Source: Octopus vulgaris (taxonomy: Eukaryota). Taken from it: a stretch of DNA of 64,000 nucleotides. Shown here one piece after another: positions 1-13,416 of this stretch. Under the pieces are notes generated by a model. That model saw only the letters and a list, made by a program, of their open reading frames with translations, was not told where the DNA came from and did not search any database. Location: NCBI GenBank assembly GCA_951406725.2, contig OX597817.1, positions 123,008,001 through 123,072,000 on the forward strand, read 5' to 3'. A program made the translations under genes and the position numbers. Each line of letters starts with the position of its first letter. Position 1 is the first letter of the stretch.

Positions 1-1404
1 GATTGTAGTTGATTGTCATGATTGTTGAAGCGTCGGAAGACTTGCGCTACGATATTTCCCCCGTTCTTTGCATTCTGATTTCTTATATGATTTACTTAAT
101 TCAATGCTCAGTTTTAAACCACCACCTGGGTTTCAGATGTCTTAATGAAACTTAACCTGTTCTGAGCAGTCGAGTAAGGGCTTCAGTTTGAAAATAACTT
201 CATACCTTCCTCCCACTTGGCTTTGAGGCCGTGAAAAAGAAACAAAGAGATATGGGTACCATTTTTACCCTCATTGATGAAGTTAAAAAAACAAACCCAC
301 AGGGTTCCATGTTTGTATAATATGAAAATCTAAAACAATATGACGTTGTAGTATTATTCCCTGACATAAATGAAATATTTAAATTTGATTGATCATTCGT
401 ACAAATATAAATAGTAAAACAGGTGTAATTTGGGAAACGTAAATATTAGCTTCCGTAAATAATGTAAAACAAAAATTGTAAATATTTCTTTAGTTTTGAT
501 GACACTCAAAGCCTTAAAATATAGAATGAAGTTGAATAGTAAAAGATTATTCCTTGGAGAATAACCTGTGTTAGTGAACTGAAGTGAGATGAAATAACTC
601 CAACAACGAATAGAGACTACATTAAAATATCAGTTAGTGCCAAGAACTTACCTTTGATTCTGAACCAGGCAAAGTGCCAAGTTTCATAGAGGAAGGTGGT
701 ATAGATGATTAAATAAATAAATAAGCGAACACTCACAGACTCTTACACGCACTCAAATACAAACTAAACCACGTGCTGAAATCATAGGAAAACATTCATT
801 TTAATAAAGCGTACCTTAAAACCATTTTCTTTTTTATTTTCATTTCGAACGTTTCATTCTCCGTCTCTCTCCATCACACCTTCGCATCGCTTTCCCTCCC
901 AATCTATGTCTGTCTCTCTTCATACACCAACACATAGATTCACATACACACATATCCTATATATGAGAATAAAGTGTGCATAAGCAAAGTAGTAAAACAA
1001 ATCGTTAAAGTACGCATCGATAAAAAAATTGTCACAGGATGAACCAAAAACAGGGAATATGGAATGCTCCTCGGCAAATAGTTACACAGAATAAGGGGAA
1101 AAAAATGGTAAAAACAAATGTAAATTAACTAATTATCACCACAGAAAAAACTATCAAATAAAATGTACACAAAATGTTTCGTTAGGCGTCAATCAAAGTT
1201 CACTGAGGTTGCGAGCACTTTTGGGCAATATTACTTTTCTCGTGGTGTCGATAGTTCTATCTATTGCACGACAAAGGGAGGAAATAAACATTACAGGGAC
1301 AGAGAGTAAACAAGGAAAATACCTGGTCTTTACTCATCACAGTTGAGATAGATGCGTGCATAAGTAACTCAAAAAGTATGTGTGCGTGGTGTAAAACGAA
1401 TATT

Positions 1405-1929
1405 CAGGGTGTCCATAAAGTCATGGTGCAATGCTCCAAAATTTTTTCATTCCGAAGCTTGAAAAATTAGAACTGATAGAGGATACAGTTTTTTAACAAG
1501 ATGGTTCCCCTTGTCACTTTGCTCTGCAAGTTAGGCAGTTTCTAACTGAGAAATTCCCTAACAGATGGATTGGAAGAGGTGAACCATTATTTTGACCTCC
1601 ACGTTCACCAGATTTGACTGCATTGGATTTACTTTTATGGGGACATGTGAGAAGTATTGTTTATTCAACTAATCCTAGATCTTTAGCAGAATTGAAAGCA
1701 AGGATAACTGATATGATTGCAAGGTGTCACTGAGTATCAGCTGGAAAATGTTTTCCGAGAATTACAGAAACCTATATCTCTTCGTATTAGTAATGGACAT
1801 GTTGAAAATTAATAAGATAAATAAAAACATTAGGTAATTCTTTTTTCTTATCCTCCTTACTGATTAATTCTACCATGTATAGATACGAAGATACATGTTG
1901 AATTGCACCATGAGTTTATGAACACCCTG
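1405..1929 (+). mobile_element. Internally deleted Tc1/mariner DNA transposon (DD41D, rosa/Visitor-type) with 28-bp TIRs and a C-terminal transposase remnant
   Basis: Left TIR cagggtgtccataaagtcatggtgcaat (1405-1432) matches the reverse complement of 1902-1929 with 2 mismatches; TA follows the right end. The frame from 1431 reads MLQNFFIPKLE...VF*QDGSPCHFALQVRQFLTEKFPNRWIGRGEPLF*PPRSPDLTALDLLLWGHVRSIVYSTNPRSLAELKARI, with 41 positions between the D of QDG and the D of DLTALD; two stops and a frameshift. Confidence 0.9.
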
Positions 1930-1987
<58 letters not shown>

Positions 1988-2056
1988 ATATGCGAATGTG
2001 CATACATGTGTGTATTGTGTGCGTACATATATACATATATATATACATACCTATAT

Positions 2057-2129
<73 letters not shown>

Positions 2130-2200
2130 TATATATACACATACACACATACATATATCTATACATAAATACATACATACATATGTGTGTGTGTGTGTTT
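1930..2200. repeat. (TA)n/(TACA)n/(TG)n compound microsatellite
   Basis: Read directly. Representative of dozens of such tracts (e.g. 6290-6380, 8900-8990, 13320-14200, 14640-14800, 27900-28240, 30800-31540, 39120-39360, 60920-61560, 62110-62560). Confidence 0.97.
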
Positions 2201-2469
2201 ATCTACACCACATAAATTTCCATTTACCTCTGTCAACTCATTTTTCTTAATCTTCCACCCTTGAACTATTAGTTAAAGCCAAGAAAAATCAGTCTTGGTC
2301 GATTGCATGAAATTATATATAATATTGTGAACAAAGAAATTTTCTTTGATTAAAATTTCGACTTTAATGACTTGAATAGTCATTATCGCAATGCCTAAAT
2401 CTCTTAATAAAATGGCTAACTATTCTGATAGTTTACTTCAATAAAGGGAATTAAACCTAGAAAGTTTCT

Positions 2470-2778
2470 TCAGGTTAAGCCGCTACTTCTTCACATTGAA
2501 ACATCACAGCTCCGGTACTGCAGCCGTATGATTTGCATGTCGTAGGAAAGAATCCCAAAACAGATTCCCGACACCGAACCAACCGGTTGGAGACGTCTTG
2601 GGGTTAGACCTGGAATGAGATAGTCGGATAGCATCCATAGTCGCGGTTGGTCGCGCTTTGGAATTCAGCTGGATATTCTAATGTCAGCTGCATCTGATTG
2701 GACCTTATGATGGAGATGCTTCAAGAGTTTGCCCTCATGACCCTCCAAGAAATAATGGACGGAGAAAATGGATGGATG
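2470..2778 (+). mobile_element. 3' end of an RTE-clade LINE (Rex3/Expander-like), degenerate
   Basis: Translates QVKPLLLHIETSQLRYCSRMICMS*ERIPKQIPDTEPTGWRRLGVRPGMR*SDSIHSRGWSRFGI..., recalling the Rex3/Expander C-terminus (VEPLLLHIERSQLRW...GRRPRGRPRTRW...AWERLGI), and ends in a gaaaatggatggatg tail. Confidence 0.75.
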
Positions 2779-3642
2779 CAAACATGGAATGCAGTGGGGA
2801 GTACGCCTGATCTTCAGTAAAATAGTGATTACTCTTGTTTCACTTTTATTAGAGCATATCATCAAAGCAGGGTTCAAATTTAGACGATAGTAGACCTTAG
2901 AACGTCTCGACCCATAACAGTTCAACCGGATGTGAAATTGCCTGGTGTAACAGCTTCAAGCAACGACTGGGAAAATTACATAGGGATACCTATTGCATAA
3001 ATCTTTCATAATAGGAGGAATGGTACCACACTCTGTTCTTTTATGTTATTGCGTTACTCACTGTTTATTCATAGAAAAAATATATCGCTCATATCGTTTT
3101 AAGATATACTAGTCAAGGATTCGCGGTTTCAATAATGTAGTCTCTTAAAATCCAAATATGACGGAATCGTCACTATTTTACAGAAGATCAAATTATCCCT
3201 AGTGAATACCATATATAATTAATTTCAGTTGATTAATGCATACGGTTGTGAGCCCTACTTTTTTATTATCAGTATTAGTTTCTCATATAGAAAGACTGTA
3301 ATTCCAATTATTTGTTTAGTGACATTACTGAAGGAAAATTATTATGTGCATGTAGCTGTCTTGTAAATACATCCCTGGTTAATCCATGTTGTTAGTGAGT
3401 AGGTGGTAAACCTGTTGTATTACTCGCTTCTCTTGCTGGTCTTCGACTGCATTTTACTGTCAGCAAGAATAATATCTCCTATACACAAACTCATGCATAA
3501 TGCTCCATATATAGAGAGGGCTCTACATGCTTCAAAACTAGTAACTTAGATATATTTCTGTCTTTTATTATATCTCTTCGTAATAGTCCAAAAGAACTCA
3601 TTATTTTATTTATAATAGAATTAAAATATGTATGTATACACA

Positions 3643-3688
<46 letters not shown>

Positions 3689-5537
3689 TATATAATATAT
3701 ATATATATATGTTTATGTATATTTATATGTGAGTTTATATACAAGACGTTAGTTTTGACTTCTTGTGAGGGGAGATAGAAATTTGCTTACAATGAAATGG
3801 GAGCGTGTAAGAATATTCATGGTACTACATAGGCTTTTTTTTCTTTTTTTTCTTTTCTTGTTAGCATGGATACGAAAGGTAAAACTGTACTCAAGTTTAA
3901 GGAAAACGAAGCTATATACTGTAATGCATCTTTAATAGTTTTGTTAATTGGCTACACTGCAAATCATCGAAGTATTGCAACTATCACTGCAGCCTTTTAA
4001 ATAAAGAACTACACAGTGTTACATGAAGTTGTTATAATTGCAACATCAACATTACTTTCTATTTGACAATTCACACATCTATATTTTAAAAGAGGATGCT
4101 GACTGGAAAATGTGCAGGTTTTTACTTTGTTATTATATGTTTATTATTACCTGAAGGGTGTTAGAATGACGAAGTGAATTAAGCTGGTTTCCAATTCGAA
4201 CTGAAACAGCATCGTAGTATCTAAGTAGCTTGGGGGCTTAACTTATGCTCTACCATGCCTGATAAGACAACTGTAGCAATATTGTTATCTTATATACGTG
4301 TATCAATATTTTACTATAGGAGCAGTTCCTCCCAACTCCTGGTTCGTGAGTCGTTATTATAAGTCTTCAAAATACAAACACAGTCAAATGAATATAAACG
4401 AACATATTCTGATAGCGTTGAAACATATATTGTTGCTGTATTGTTTCTTTTTGATTCAAACATAAATTTTGAATTACTTAAATTAGGTGGTAACTTTCTT
4501 GACTGTAAAACGTCGGCAAACTTCTGATGATATCGAAACCTCAAAAACAGTAACTCGAAGACGAATTCAGTGATATTGGTGGTCACTAAAGCCAAATAAT
4601 GCCAATAGCTGATAATATTGTAAAAGGGACATAAAAAGATTATGTATGCAAAAGCAACAGAAAGGGCAAGATCTAAATACGTCGTTTAAATGAACAAAGA
4701 ATATAGAAAACCTTCACGAAATTTTGGCAGCAAAAGCTGATGTCACCATCGTCGACGCAGTTAGATTCTTAGGGACGAATTTTTAAGACATTAATTTGCA
4801 TTTCCATTAGCGAACATAATTAAATTACAATAATAATATTGCTTTCTTTTTGACGACACACGCGTCCATACACTGAGGAGGAGTGAAGGATGAAATGTGA
4901 TCGTGCTTATTTTTACCTTGAATTTAAAGTTGTAAAAGACGAAGCTGAAAAGACAAGGTTAGAACATTAAGTGTAAAATCTCGTAATAAATCTGAAGCAT
5001 TGTCGTTCACTATAGAAATAGAAATATTATAAAGTTAAAAAAATATATATGTATATATTCAACATTTTCCAATTAACAAGGAAGCTTTAATTTGGAACTG
5101 ACAGTTTTGAAATAAAAATAAATTGTAAATAGTATCAAAAGAGTTATGAGAAACATAGACATGGAGTGTGGTAGGATGGAAGGACGTTAGAATTTAAATA
5201 ATGCAACAAACTAGTAAAGACAGTAAAGAGGCTTATGGTGGTTAAATAAGTATTGCTTCTTTAATAAGTGAGTTATCAACATTTTCTATCGCAGTCATTG
5301 ATAAATTTTATTATTATTGTTATCCAGTAACTGTGAAGAAGTCTTTTAACAGACGTGACCATCAATTTCATGAGCTTATATATATGGATAGATAGACAGA
5401 TATATAGATATGTGTGTGGGCGTGTGTATGTGTATAATGAAAGGATATTACTACCTACGTAAAAATGGTTACGTTTTATGTATTTGATAATTATGTAACG
5501 CTAATTGGGTAGTTTTCGCTTGTGTACATTTTATCGT

Positions 5538-5817
5538 GTGAAAGTGCATGGCCCAGTAGTTAGGCTGTTGCACTCATGATCATGAGATTGTGGTTTCAGT
5601 TCCTAGACCTGGTGGTGCGTTGTGTTCTTGAGCAAAACACTTAATCTCAAGTTGCCCAGCGATCACTTCAACACCTGACATGTGGTACACTGTGTACCTG
5701 TTCAAGCAACGTCGATTTGATGGAGGGGAAGCGATCTAATATACAGCACAAACATTTGATCACTATAAAAACAAATCATCTGTGCAGGTTATTCAGCAAG
5801 AAACTGCAGAACCACTT
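5538..5817 (+). mobile_element. tRNA-derived SINE (diverged)
   Basis: A-box-like tggcccagtagttagg and B-box-like ggtttcagttcc, then gttgtgttcttgagcaaaacactt core; head related to 6919-7305 and 29070-29409. Confidence 0.75.
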
Positions 5818-6286
5818 TTACTGGAAGTACGAGAGACTACCATCATATTTTGTCCTGATCAGAGACCCGTGTTTTGAAAATAAAAAAAAGTAGTTACATA
5901 AAGAAGATCTTGAAAGATTGAAGTGAATATCCAGTTTTTCTCTACACAAACAGGTCCTGATTGTGTTAGAGAAATATATACTTGAGTTAGAGATCCTGAA
6001 GAAATAGATTCTCCTAGAGTGAATTTGCTCTTTTTTTTCTTTTTTCATTTTCCTCCCTTTTGCGGGAACATATATTAGTAAACGCTTGAGAGAATCTATT
6101 CCATCTGAAAATGTTATGGAATTCCTTAATGTTGACTATCTTACTTTCTACGTATCATCATATATTTTCAGTACGACTGATAGCGTTATTGATATGCAGA
6201 TTTAGCAATATATGTAAACGCTGATTCGAGATGGATGAAAAGCCTTTTTCTTTTTTTAGCAGATTTCATGCAAACATTGGTGACTA

Positions 6287-6383
<97 letters not shown>

Positions 6384-6918
6384 TATGTATGAATATATGT
6401 ATGTATGTTATTTTCAACTGGAAATAGAGGAGTGGAAAGAATTACTATTCTGCTTGATGTTTAATACCAGAAATCTTATGTGTTTTACACTCTCAAACAA
6501 CATTAGAACATTTTCTGCTTTTTCACAATATGAAGTTAATAAACATAATATCGTTTACGCCTCTCGTAAAGAAACTGTAGAAGCACTGGGTACTCGGTGC
6601 TTTGGGATCCAGTATGCCTATATTCAAGCTCCCAATGATATTCCTGTAACATTTCTGTATGTATGTACCTGTCACAACAGGATTATGAGCTCACGAACGA
6701 ATATGACGTTGGGTGTATAGCGAATGAAAAAAAGAAATGGGAATAAAATCGATGTTGCTGGAAGAGAGGTAATCTCTCGGGCTGTCCCTAAAAAGCTGAG
6801 GTGATCGGTTGCGTATAGGGAAATAACATCCAGACTAATGTAATGCACTATAATCTCAGTTAGCATCAGTTGAACCCAATTTATTGAATCTAACGATAAC
6901 ATCATAGGCAATATGGAT

Positions 6919-7305
6919 GGGATGGAAGCACTCCGTCGGTTACGACGATGAGGGTTCCGGTTGATCCGAATCAACGGAACAGCTTGCTCGTGAAATTAAC
7001 GTGTAAGTGGCTGAGCACTCCACAGACACGTGCACCCTTAACGTAGTTCTCGGGGATATTCAGCGTGACACAGAGAGTGACAAGGCCGGCCCCTTGAAAT
7101 ACAGGTACAACAGAAACAGGAAGTAAGAGTGAGAGAAAGTTGTGGTGAAAGAGTACAGCAGGTATCACCACCATCCCCTGCCGGAGCCTCGTGGAGCTTT
7201 AGGTGTTTTCGCTCAATAAACACTCACAACGCCCGGTCTGGGAATCGAAACCGCGATCCTATGACCGCGAGTCCGCTGCCCTAACCACTGGGCCATTGCG
7301 CCTCC
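6919..7305 (-). mobile_element. Full-length young tRNA-derived SINE (octopus OK/OR-like) with 13-bp TSD
   Basis: Minus strand starts ggaggcgcaatggcccagtggttagggcagcggactcgcggtcataggatcgcggtttcgattccc (A and B boxes). Perfect direct repeat aggcaatatggat at 6906-6918 and 7306-7318. GC-rich relative to flanks. Confidence 0.92.
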
Positions 7306-8197
7306 AGGCAATATGGATATATATACTCTGAAGGAGGATCTTCAGTAATGTCGTGTACTATAACTGTTGCTGATGCATGTTCATATTAATGTAGGAACAG
7401 AAAAAAGAGTAGACGTTTTTTTATTATTTTCCTAGTATGCATAGGGATACTTTGAATGAATGAATGTTTTAATATTTGAGAACTAATACTTTCGTGTTAT
7501 ATGAAAGCAAGAGCTTTGAACGAGCTTAGAATTTCAAGAACAGACGTTGTTAAAGTATCCATTGTATGTTAACGCGTTTCACTTTCAATTGCAATCGACT
7601 GGATTCTACCCACCATGGAGACAGGCATATGCTTATAATGTAGTTAATATCTGTTGCAATGTTCCTCAATATTAATTTGTTCTCGAATGTTACCTGTGGT
7701 GAGAGCACAATATTCAGTCTAGTGGTAGTCGCATACAAGACAAATCAGTATCTTACAGCAAAATGAGCTGCTATTCCAATTATATGAAGGAATTAACCAT
7801 TACTTTGTTATAAAGTTACATGGATAACAATTCTAAAATATGCAGGCATAGACGCTGAGGTTTATTAATCTGCAGATGTAACTGATGCTCAGTGAAATAG
7901 TAAAAGTGAAAACATAAATTAGCTTTGAGTCACCTTTAATTTACTAACAGTTCTGAAGACCTGCTGTGATAGAATTAGTTTTATAACAGCAACAGGTGTA
8001 GCTAGGGAATCTTGAAAAGATCCAAACATTGCTATTATCATAACAACATGAAATTATTAGAGTCCATACCTTAAAGAAAGATACTAAATCACATACGAAC
8101 AATTTCATTATTAAAATAGGTAAATCACGAGAATGATATCTCAACATAATTTGTAAGTATAATAATTCTTTCTGCTTTGAATTTTTGTGGGAAGGAA

Positions 8198-8355
8198 ACT
8201 GATCGATTACATCAACCCCAGTACTCAACTGGTACTTATTTCATCGACCCCCCACCCCGAAAGTATGACGAAATCTAGACTCAAAACATAAAACCGGAAG
8301 AAATGCCATTAAGTATTTCTTTTTCCGGTGTGCTAACGCTTCTACTTACTCGCTA
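8198..8355 (-). mobile_element. Degenerate SINE fragment (family of 12245-12846)
   Basis: gatcgattacatcaaccccagtactcaactggtacttatttcatcgacccc core shared with 12.3-12.8 kb and 63.4-63.8 kb. Confidence 0.7.
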
Positions 8356-8901
8356 CATTAATTTCACGTGGGATAACGTATTTCTGTTAGCCTTTTAATG
8401 CGAGCAGAACGACGCTGCATACAGTTCGTTGAAAGTTCAGTAATTTGGTTGGATCGCTGTAAGGGGGTATTTTATCAGATGTCAGGGGAAAAAAGTCCGA
8501 ATGATTTTCAAGAGCCTTCGTCGTTCCGTTGGAGTGTTCTCAGGATCGCCTATGTAAATGATTTACGGTGGTGCATCGTCATATCTGGAAGATGGTTGAA
8601 TAGAATTTGTCACAGAATTTATTCTGACTCACTGCGTTGTGTTCAAATCCCGCCAAAGGTCGATTTTACTTTTTATCCATAAAAAAAATCCTAGGTGGTG
8701 GATCGGTGAAACTGTTAAAGAGCCGGGCGGGTTACTTTGCAGTATCTAGTCATAGCGTTTGGGTAACTACAAATCTTCCATAGGAAAAACACATTGCTTA
8801 GGTCTTCATATTCATGTGCAGATGGAAGAACATTCCAGCTATGACTATAGCACTGAGTTGCGCGCGTGTGTATTTGTGTGAGTGTGTTTGTATGTATGTA
8901 T

Positions 8902-8991
<90 letters not shown>

Positions 8992-9267
8992 CACTCTATA
9001 TAAATTCCCTACTGGGAATGACCAAGTTTAAGAGAATCTTACATTGCTTATAAACACTATATTTGTATGGACTCATTAAACTCTGTTGGACTTTTGGATT
9101 TTACTCAAAGGATATTGGAATATTACACATATATACTATTATGCCTATAAAACGGATTTACGAATTCAATAACCATACATATCTTACACCTATTTTCTTT
9201 CCTCCACCTTACTCTCTATTTTGTATCACATCGAAACTAACTATGACTTAATTTTTCCTCTCACACC

Positions 9268-9319
9268 GTCTCCGATGAAGGGATATTATTAATTAATATC
9301 CTAGAAACAGCTGTAAGAC
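9268..9319 (+). ncRNA. Minimal type-I hammerhead ribozyme motif (PLE-type, one core substitution)
   Basis: gtct-CCGATGA-ag-ggatatt(attaatt)aatatcc-ta-GAAAC-agct-GTA-agac: 4-bp stem I gtct/agac, 7-bp stem II, palindromic AGCT loop III, GUA cleavage triplet; U4 is changed to C. Confidence 0.7.
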
Positions 9320-9401
9320 CTTCTATCTATAAATGCTCTAATATCTATACAGCCTTGGTTTTTTATCTTATTACGCAAAAAATTCTTATATATGTATATA
9401 T

Positions 9402-9465
<64 letters not shown>

Positions 9466-9591
9466 TTCATACGGCTAACATGCCCAAGCCATCTCATACG
9501 TCTTTGTGTGAGGAGTGCAAACATGCTTGGTATTCCTGCTTGCCTGAGGACATCTATGTTGGGGAAATGATTCTGCCATTTGATGTGGAGG

Positions 9592-9622
<31 letters not shown>

Positions 9623-9661
9623 ACTCCATTGTCTCCCGAGACAGAAAGGATGCCAATACAA

Positions 9662-9724
<63 letters not shown>

Positions 9725-9885
9725 TTATTGAAGTAGATAAATGAATTATCTTATTACGGATTATTCAAATGATAACCGATACCTGGGTAGCAAAAATCAC
9801 AACAGAAAAATCACGGTTGAGGTTACGACCATGGGGTCTCAAACCCGTGCCTTAGTGCGGAAATTTGAAGTTTTATATATTTATT

Positions 9886-10073
9886 TAGTGTAGGAAGAAA
9901 TGGAGCTGAACGAAGATTTAACAAAATTCCTTTTTATTATTTTCTACATATGTTTCAAAGGCTGCAAAGTCCCTAATTCAATCCGAATTAGGGACTTTGC
10001 AGCCTTTGAAACATATGTAGAAAATAATAAAAAGGAATTTTGTTAAATCTTCGTTCAGCTCCATTTCTTCCTA

Positions 10074-10078
<5 letters not shown>
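9886..10078. repeat. Perfect palindrome, 94-bp arms and 5-nt loop (probable inverted PLE pseudo-LTR)
   Basis: 9886-9979 is the exact reverse complement of 9985-10078, loop aatcc. Contains GAAAC-ATAT-GTA (10008-10019), the 3' half of a PLE-type hammerhead. Abuts (TA)n. Confidence 0.93.
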
Positions 10079-10116
<38 letters not shown>

Positions 10117-10375
10117 CATAATTTAGGTTAGTTAGAATATGTTTGTGACATATTTCAACTGCTAGAAGACAAATTAACTGCAATTACCGCGGAGGAAATA
10201 TATCACTTATGGTAAAAAGATGTGAAAACGCCCGGTTTGTTCAGTGTTGCCATCTATCAGAAGTCCCAGATATTGATGTTTCGAGTTTTTTTCTCTTCTC
10301 AATGGGATATACCATATATGTGCGTGCGCGGGCGTGCGTGTGGTGAGAAAGAGATAGATTAATAGAAAGATAGGT

Positions 10376-10440
<65 letters not shown>

Positions 10441-11079
10441 GATAGATAGAGAGACAGAGAGAGAGAGAAGGATTTCTTGGAGTGTTAAAACCATAAATTA
10501 ATCTAATGTATAGAGAGCTGGATTGCCTTATTAAAAATAAGATACATTATTGTGCAGGTGTATTTTTACCTACCACCTGCTACTTAGGTGATTGCTTTTC
10601 GCAAAATCCACTTTGTCGGAAGCATTCTGATTAAATATCAATTGATAACCCACGAACAGTGGTATCTTTTTCTCTTTGTTCTTGTCTTAAATATCCTGCA
10701 ACGATGCCATAACTGCTGCCTTTACCTTTCTGTCGAAGCCATACATTATACATATAATGATTTACTTATCTTGTTAGATGATAGCCATCGCACATTCAGA
10801 GACATCTGTACATCTGGATTTAAGCGACAAAAGCTCGTACAAAATTTTTGTCACTCTCTCAGTCAGCATAGTAGATTCCAGTAACAAGTATTGGAAGATC
10901 ACGGGTATTACTTCGACTGCTTCTTTTGCATCAGTATTTTTCTCTTAGAAGGACTGCTCTAAGTACGGTTTTGTCAAAAATAACGGGAGCCTTCTCTACC
11001 CCTGAGAAACCTACATAACCCATAGATGGGACCCTGATGGGTATACATACATACATACATACATACATACATACATACA

Positions 11080-11111
<32 letters not shown>

Positions 11112-11133
11112 CACACATATATGTGTGCATATA

Positions 11134-11343
11134 CGAGAGGCTGCTGAAAAGTTCTTGGCTTTGAGTAAAAGAAAATAGAGGAGGAACAGTTAATTATGAT
11201 TTTATTCAATATGTTCTCCTCTCAGATTCGCACACTAATTTCAGCGGTCCTTCAGTTTTTCTGAGTCCAGTAAAAGAATTCGGAGGGTTGAGCCAGGCCC
11301 TTTGCTAAACTCTTAAAGCCAGGTACTTTTCAGCAAACCCTCG
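11134..11343. mobile_element. Mariner-type MITE
   Basis: TA-cgagaggctgctgaaaagttcttggcttt ... aaagccaggtacttttcagcaaaccctcg-TA: imperfect ~30-bp TIRs and TA target duplication. Confidence 0.85.
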
Positions 11344-12244
11344 TATGTATCTGCGTATGTATTGATGTATTAAAATTATTCATAATGATAAATATCGTTG
11401 GATTTGAATTCAGAATATCAAGGAATAGAATTAAATATGGTAAGAAATTTTGTGCTATACTCTTGTTGCTCTGCAATTTCTGGGGGAAAAAAATGCAGCT
11501 TTTAGAATTTCACATAATCACTAATATTATTCTACTTGTCACAATGTTCATATATGTCTGAGTGTTACACTTCAAGCAATTATAACTATGGAAGTGGATC
11601 AAAGACATAATTGAAATCTTTAACACAATGAAACAATGTTACCAAGATCTGTAAATTTATAATCAATATCTGAATATAAAACTTCATAAAGGGTGGTAGT
11701 TCCACTTGCGCATTATCATTTTGTTTTGTCATGACGTTCGTAGTTTCTAATGCTACACTTCAAAGAACTTCGACCAGGAAGCGAAATAAAAGTTATGGTA
11801 AAAATCTATAACATAATGGAAGCAAAGTTATAAAGAGCTATAAATTTATTAATTAATTCAGAAATAACCACACACACACACATACATGCACACACATATG
11901 CATATATATATATATGTGTGTATATATATATATGTTATATATATACAATAATCAGTATATGACTTATTAAACAAAGTTCAACAAATTCATTCATATTTAT
12001 GTAATGATGGAGATTCGAGGTTAAAATGGATTATAGTTTTTATTTTTCATATTGCTATACAATTGTTTCGTACTAATGGACTCAGATATTCATAAATAGA
12101 AAATCGTAATAGTCATACTTGTACTTCTCAGTAGTTAATAGAAAAACAAAAAAAGTTATTTAAAGTATGTAGGTTTTTTTCTCAGTTATTTTATGGGATT
12201 TATATATTCGTTCTTCCAGCTCTCCGCCTTCGACGTAATGAAAT

Positions 12245-12846
12245 ATTCTTTTCTGCTCTAGGCACAAGGCCCGAAATTATAAAGGGGAGCCAGTCGATAA
12301 GATTGACCCCAATACGTAACTGGTACTTAATTTATCGACCCCGAAAGGATAAAAGGCAAAGTCGGCATCGGCAGAATTTGAACTCAGAACGTAAAGATAG
12401 ACGAAATACTGCTAACCATTTCACCCGGGGTGCTAACGTTTCTTATTTCTTTACTGCCCACAAGGGGCTACACACAGAGGGGATAAGCAAAGACAGACAA
12501 ACGGATCAAGTCGATTATATCGATCCCAGTGATTAACTGGTACTTATTTAATCGACCCCAAAAGGATGAAAGGCAAAGTCAATCTCGGCGGAATTTGAAC
12601 TCAGAATGTAACGGCAGACGAAATACCTATTTCTTTACTACCCACAAGGGGCTAAACACGGACAGACACACGGATTAAGTCGATTACATTGACCCCAGTG
12701 CGTAACTGGTACTTATTTAATCAACCCCGAAAGGATGAAAGGCAAAGTCGACCTCGGCGGAATTTGAACTCAGAACGTAACGGCAGACGAAATACCGCGA
12801 AGCATTTCGCCCGGCGTGCTAACGTTTCTACCAGCTCGCCGCCTTC
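12245..12846 (-). mobile_element. Tandem trimer of tRNA-headed SINE units (~190-215 bp each)
   Basis: Three copies of the core gagttcaaattccgccgaggtcgactttgcctttcatcctttcggggtcgat..aagtaccag on the minus strand; head aaggcggcgagctggtagaaacgttagcac at 12846. Confidence 0.88.
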
Positions 12847-13324
12847 ATGCAGGCAAATATTAAAGCAGTACAGGGTGGTTTGAAGGAGATTTTGTGCTAC
12901 ATCCAGCGAATTGTGCAACCATGTAGAGGCTGATACAGTCACGTAAGCGATTTGTTTACTGATTCCGTTTTCAGGTAGAAAGCTGTTCTCTAACATAATC
13001 ATTTATGTCTACTAACTGTTAGTAAATTACTTCAATTCTTATGATTTACAGAATACGTTGATTGTAACCAATCACTCACGACATATATGAGAAAATGGAC
13101 AAATGAATATTTTAGCTATTAGTCTGAATGCCAGTAAACTTCTGGATAAGTTACGATATATTTGTGTGTGTACACATATGCATATACACAGGTATGTGCA
13201 CACGCAAGTACTTGTATAAGTACATGTATACATTATGTGCCTCTGTGTGTAACTATCATCAACTATATTTGTTTATACAGAAAAACATACATACAAATAT
13301 ACATATATAATATATATATATGTA

Positions 13325-13411
<87 letters not shown>

Positions 13412-13416
<5 letters not shown>

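Noticed and set aside
4521-4545. ttCTGATGAtatcGAAACctc hammerhead-like string
   Set aside because: No stem II or stem III and only a 2-bp stem I; likely chance.
7230-7305. tRNA gene
   Set aside because: The tRNA-like head continues into a SINE body bounded by a TSD and lacks a proper acceptor stem.
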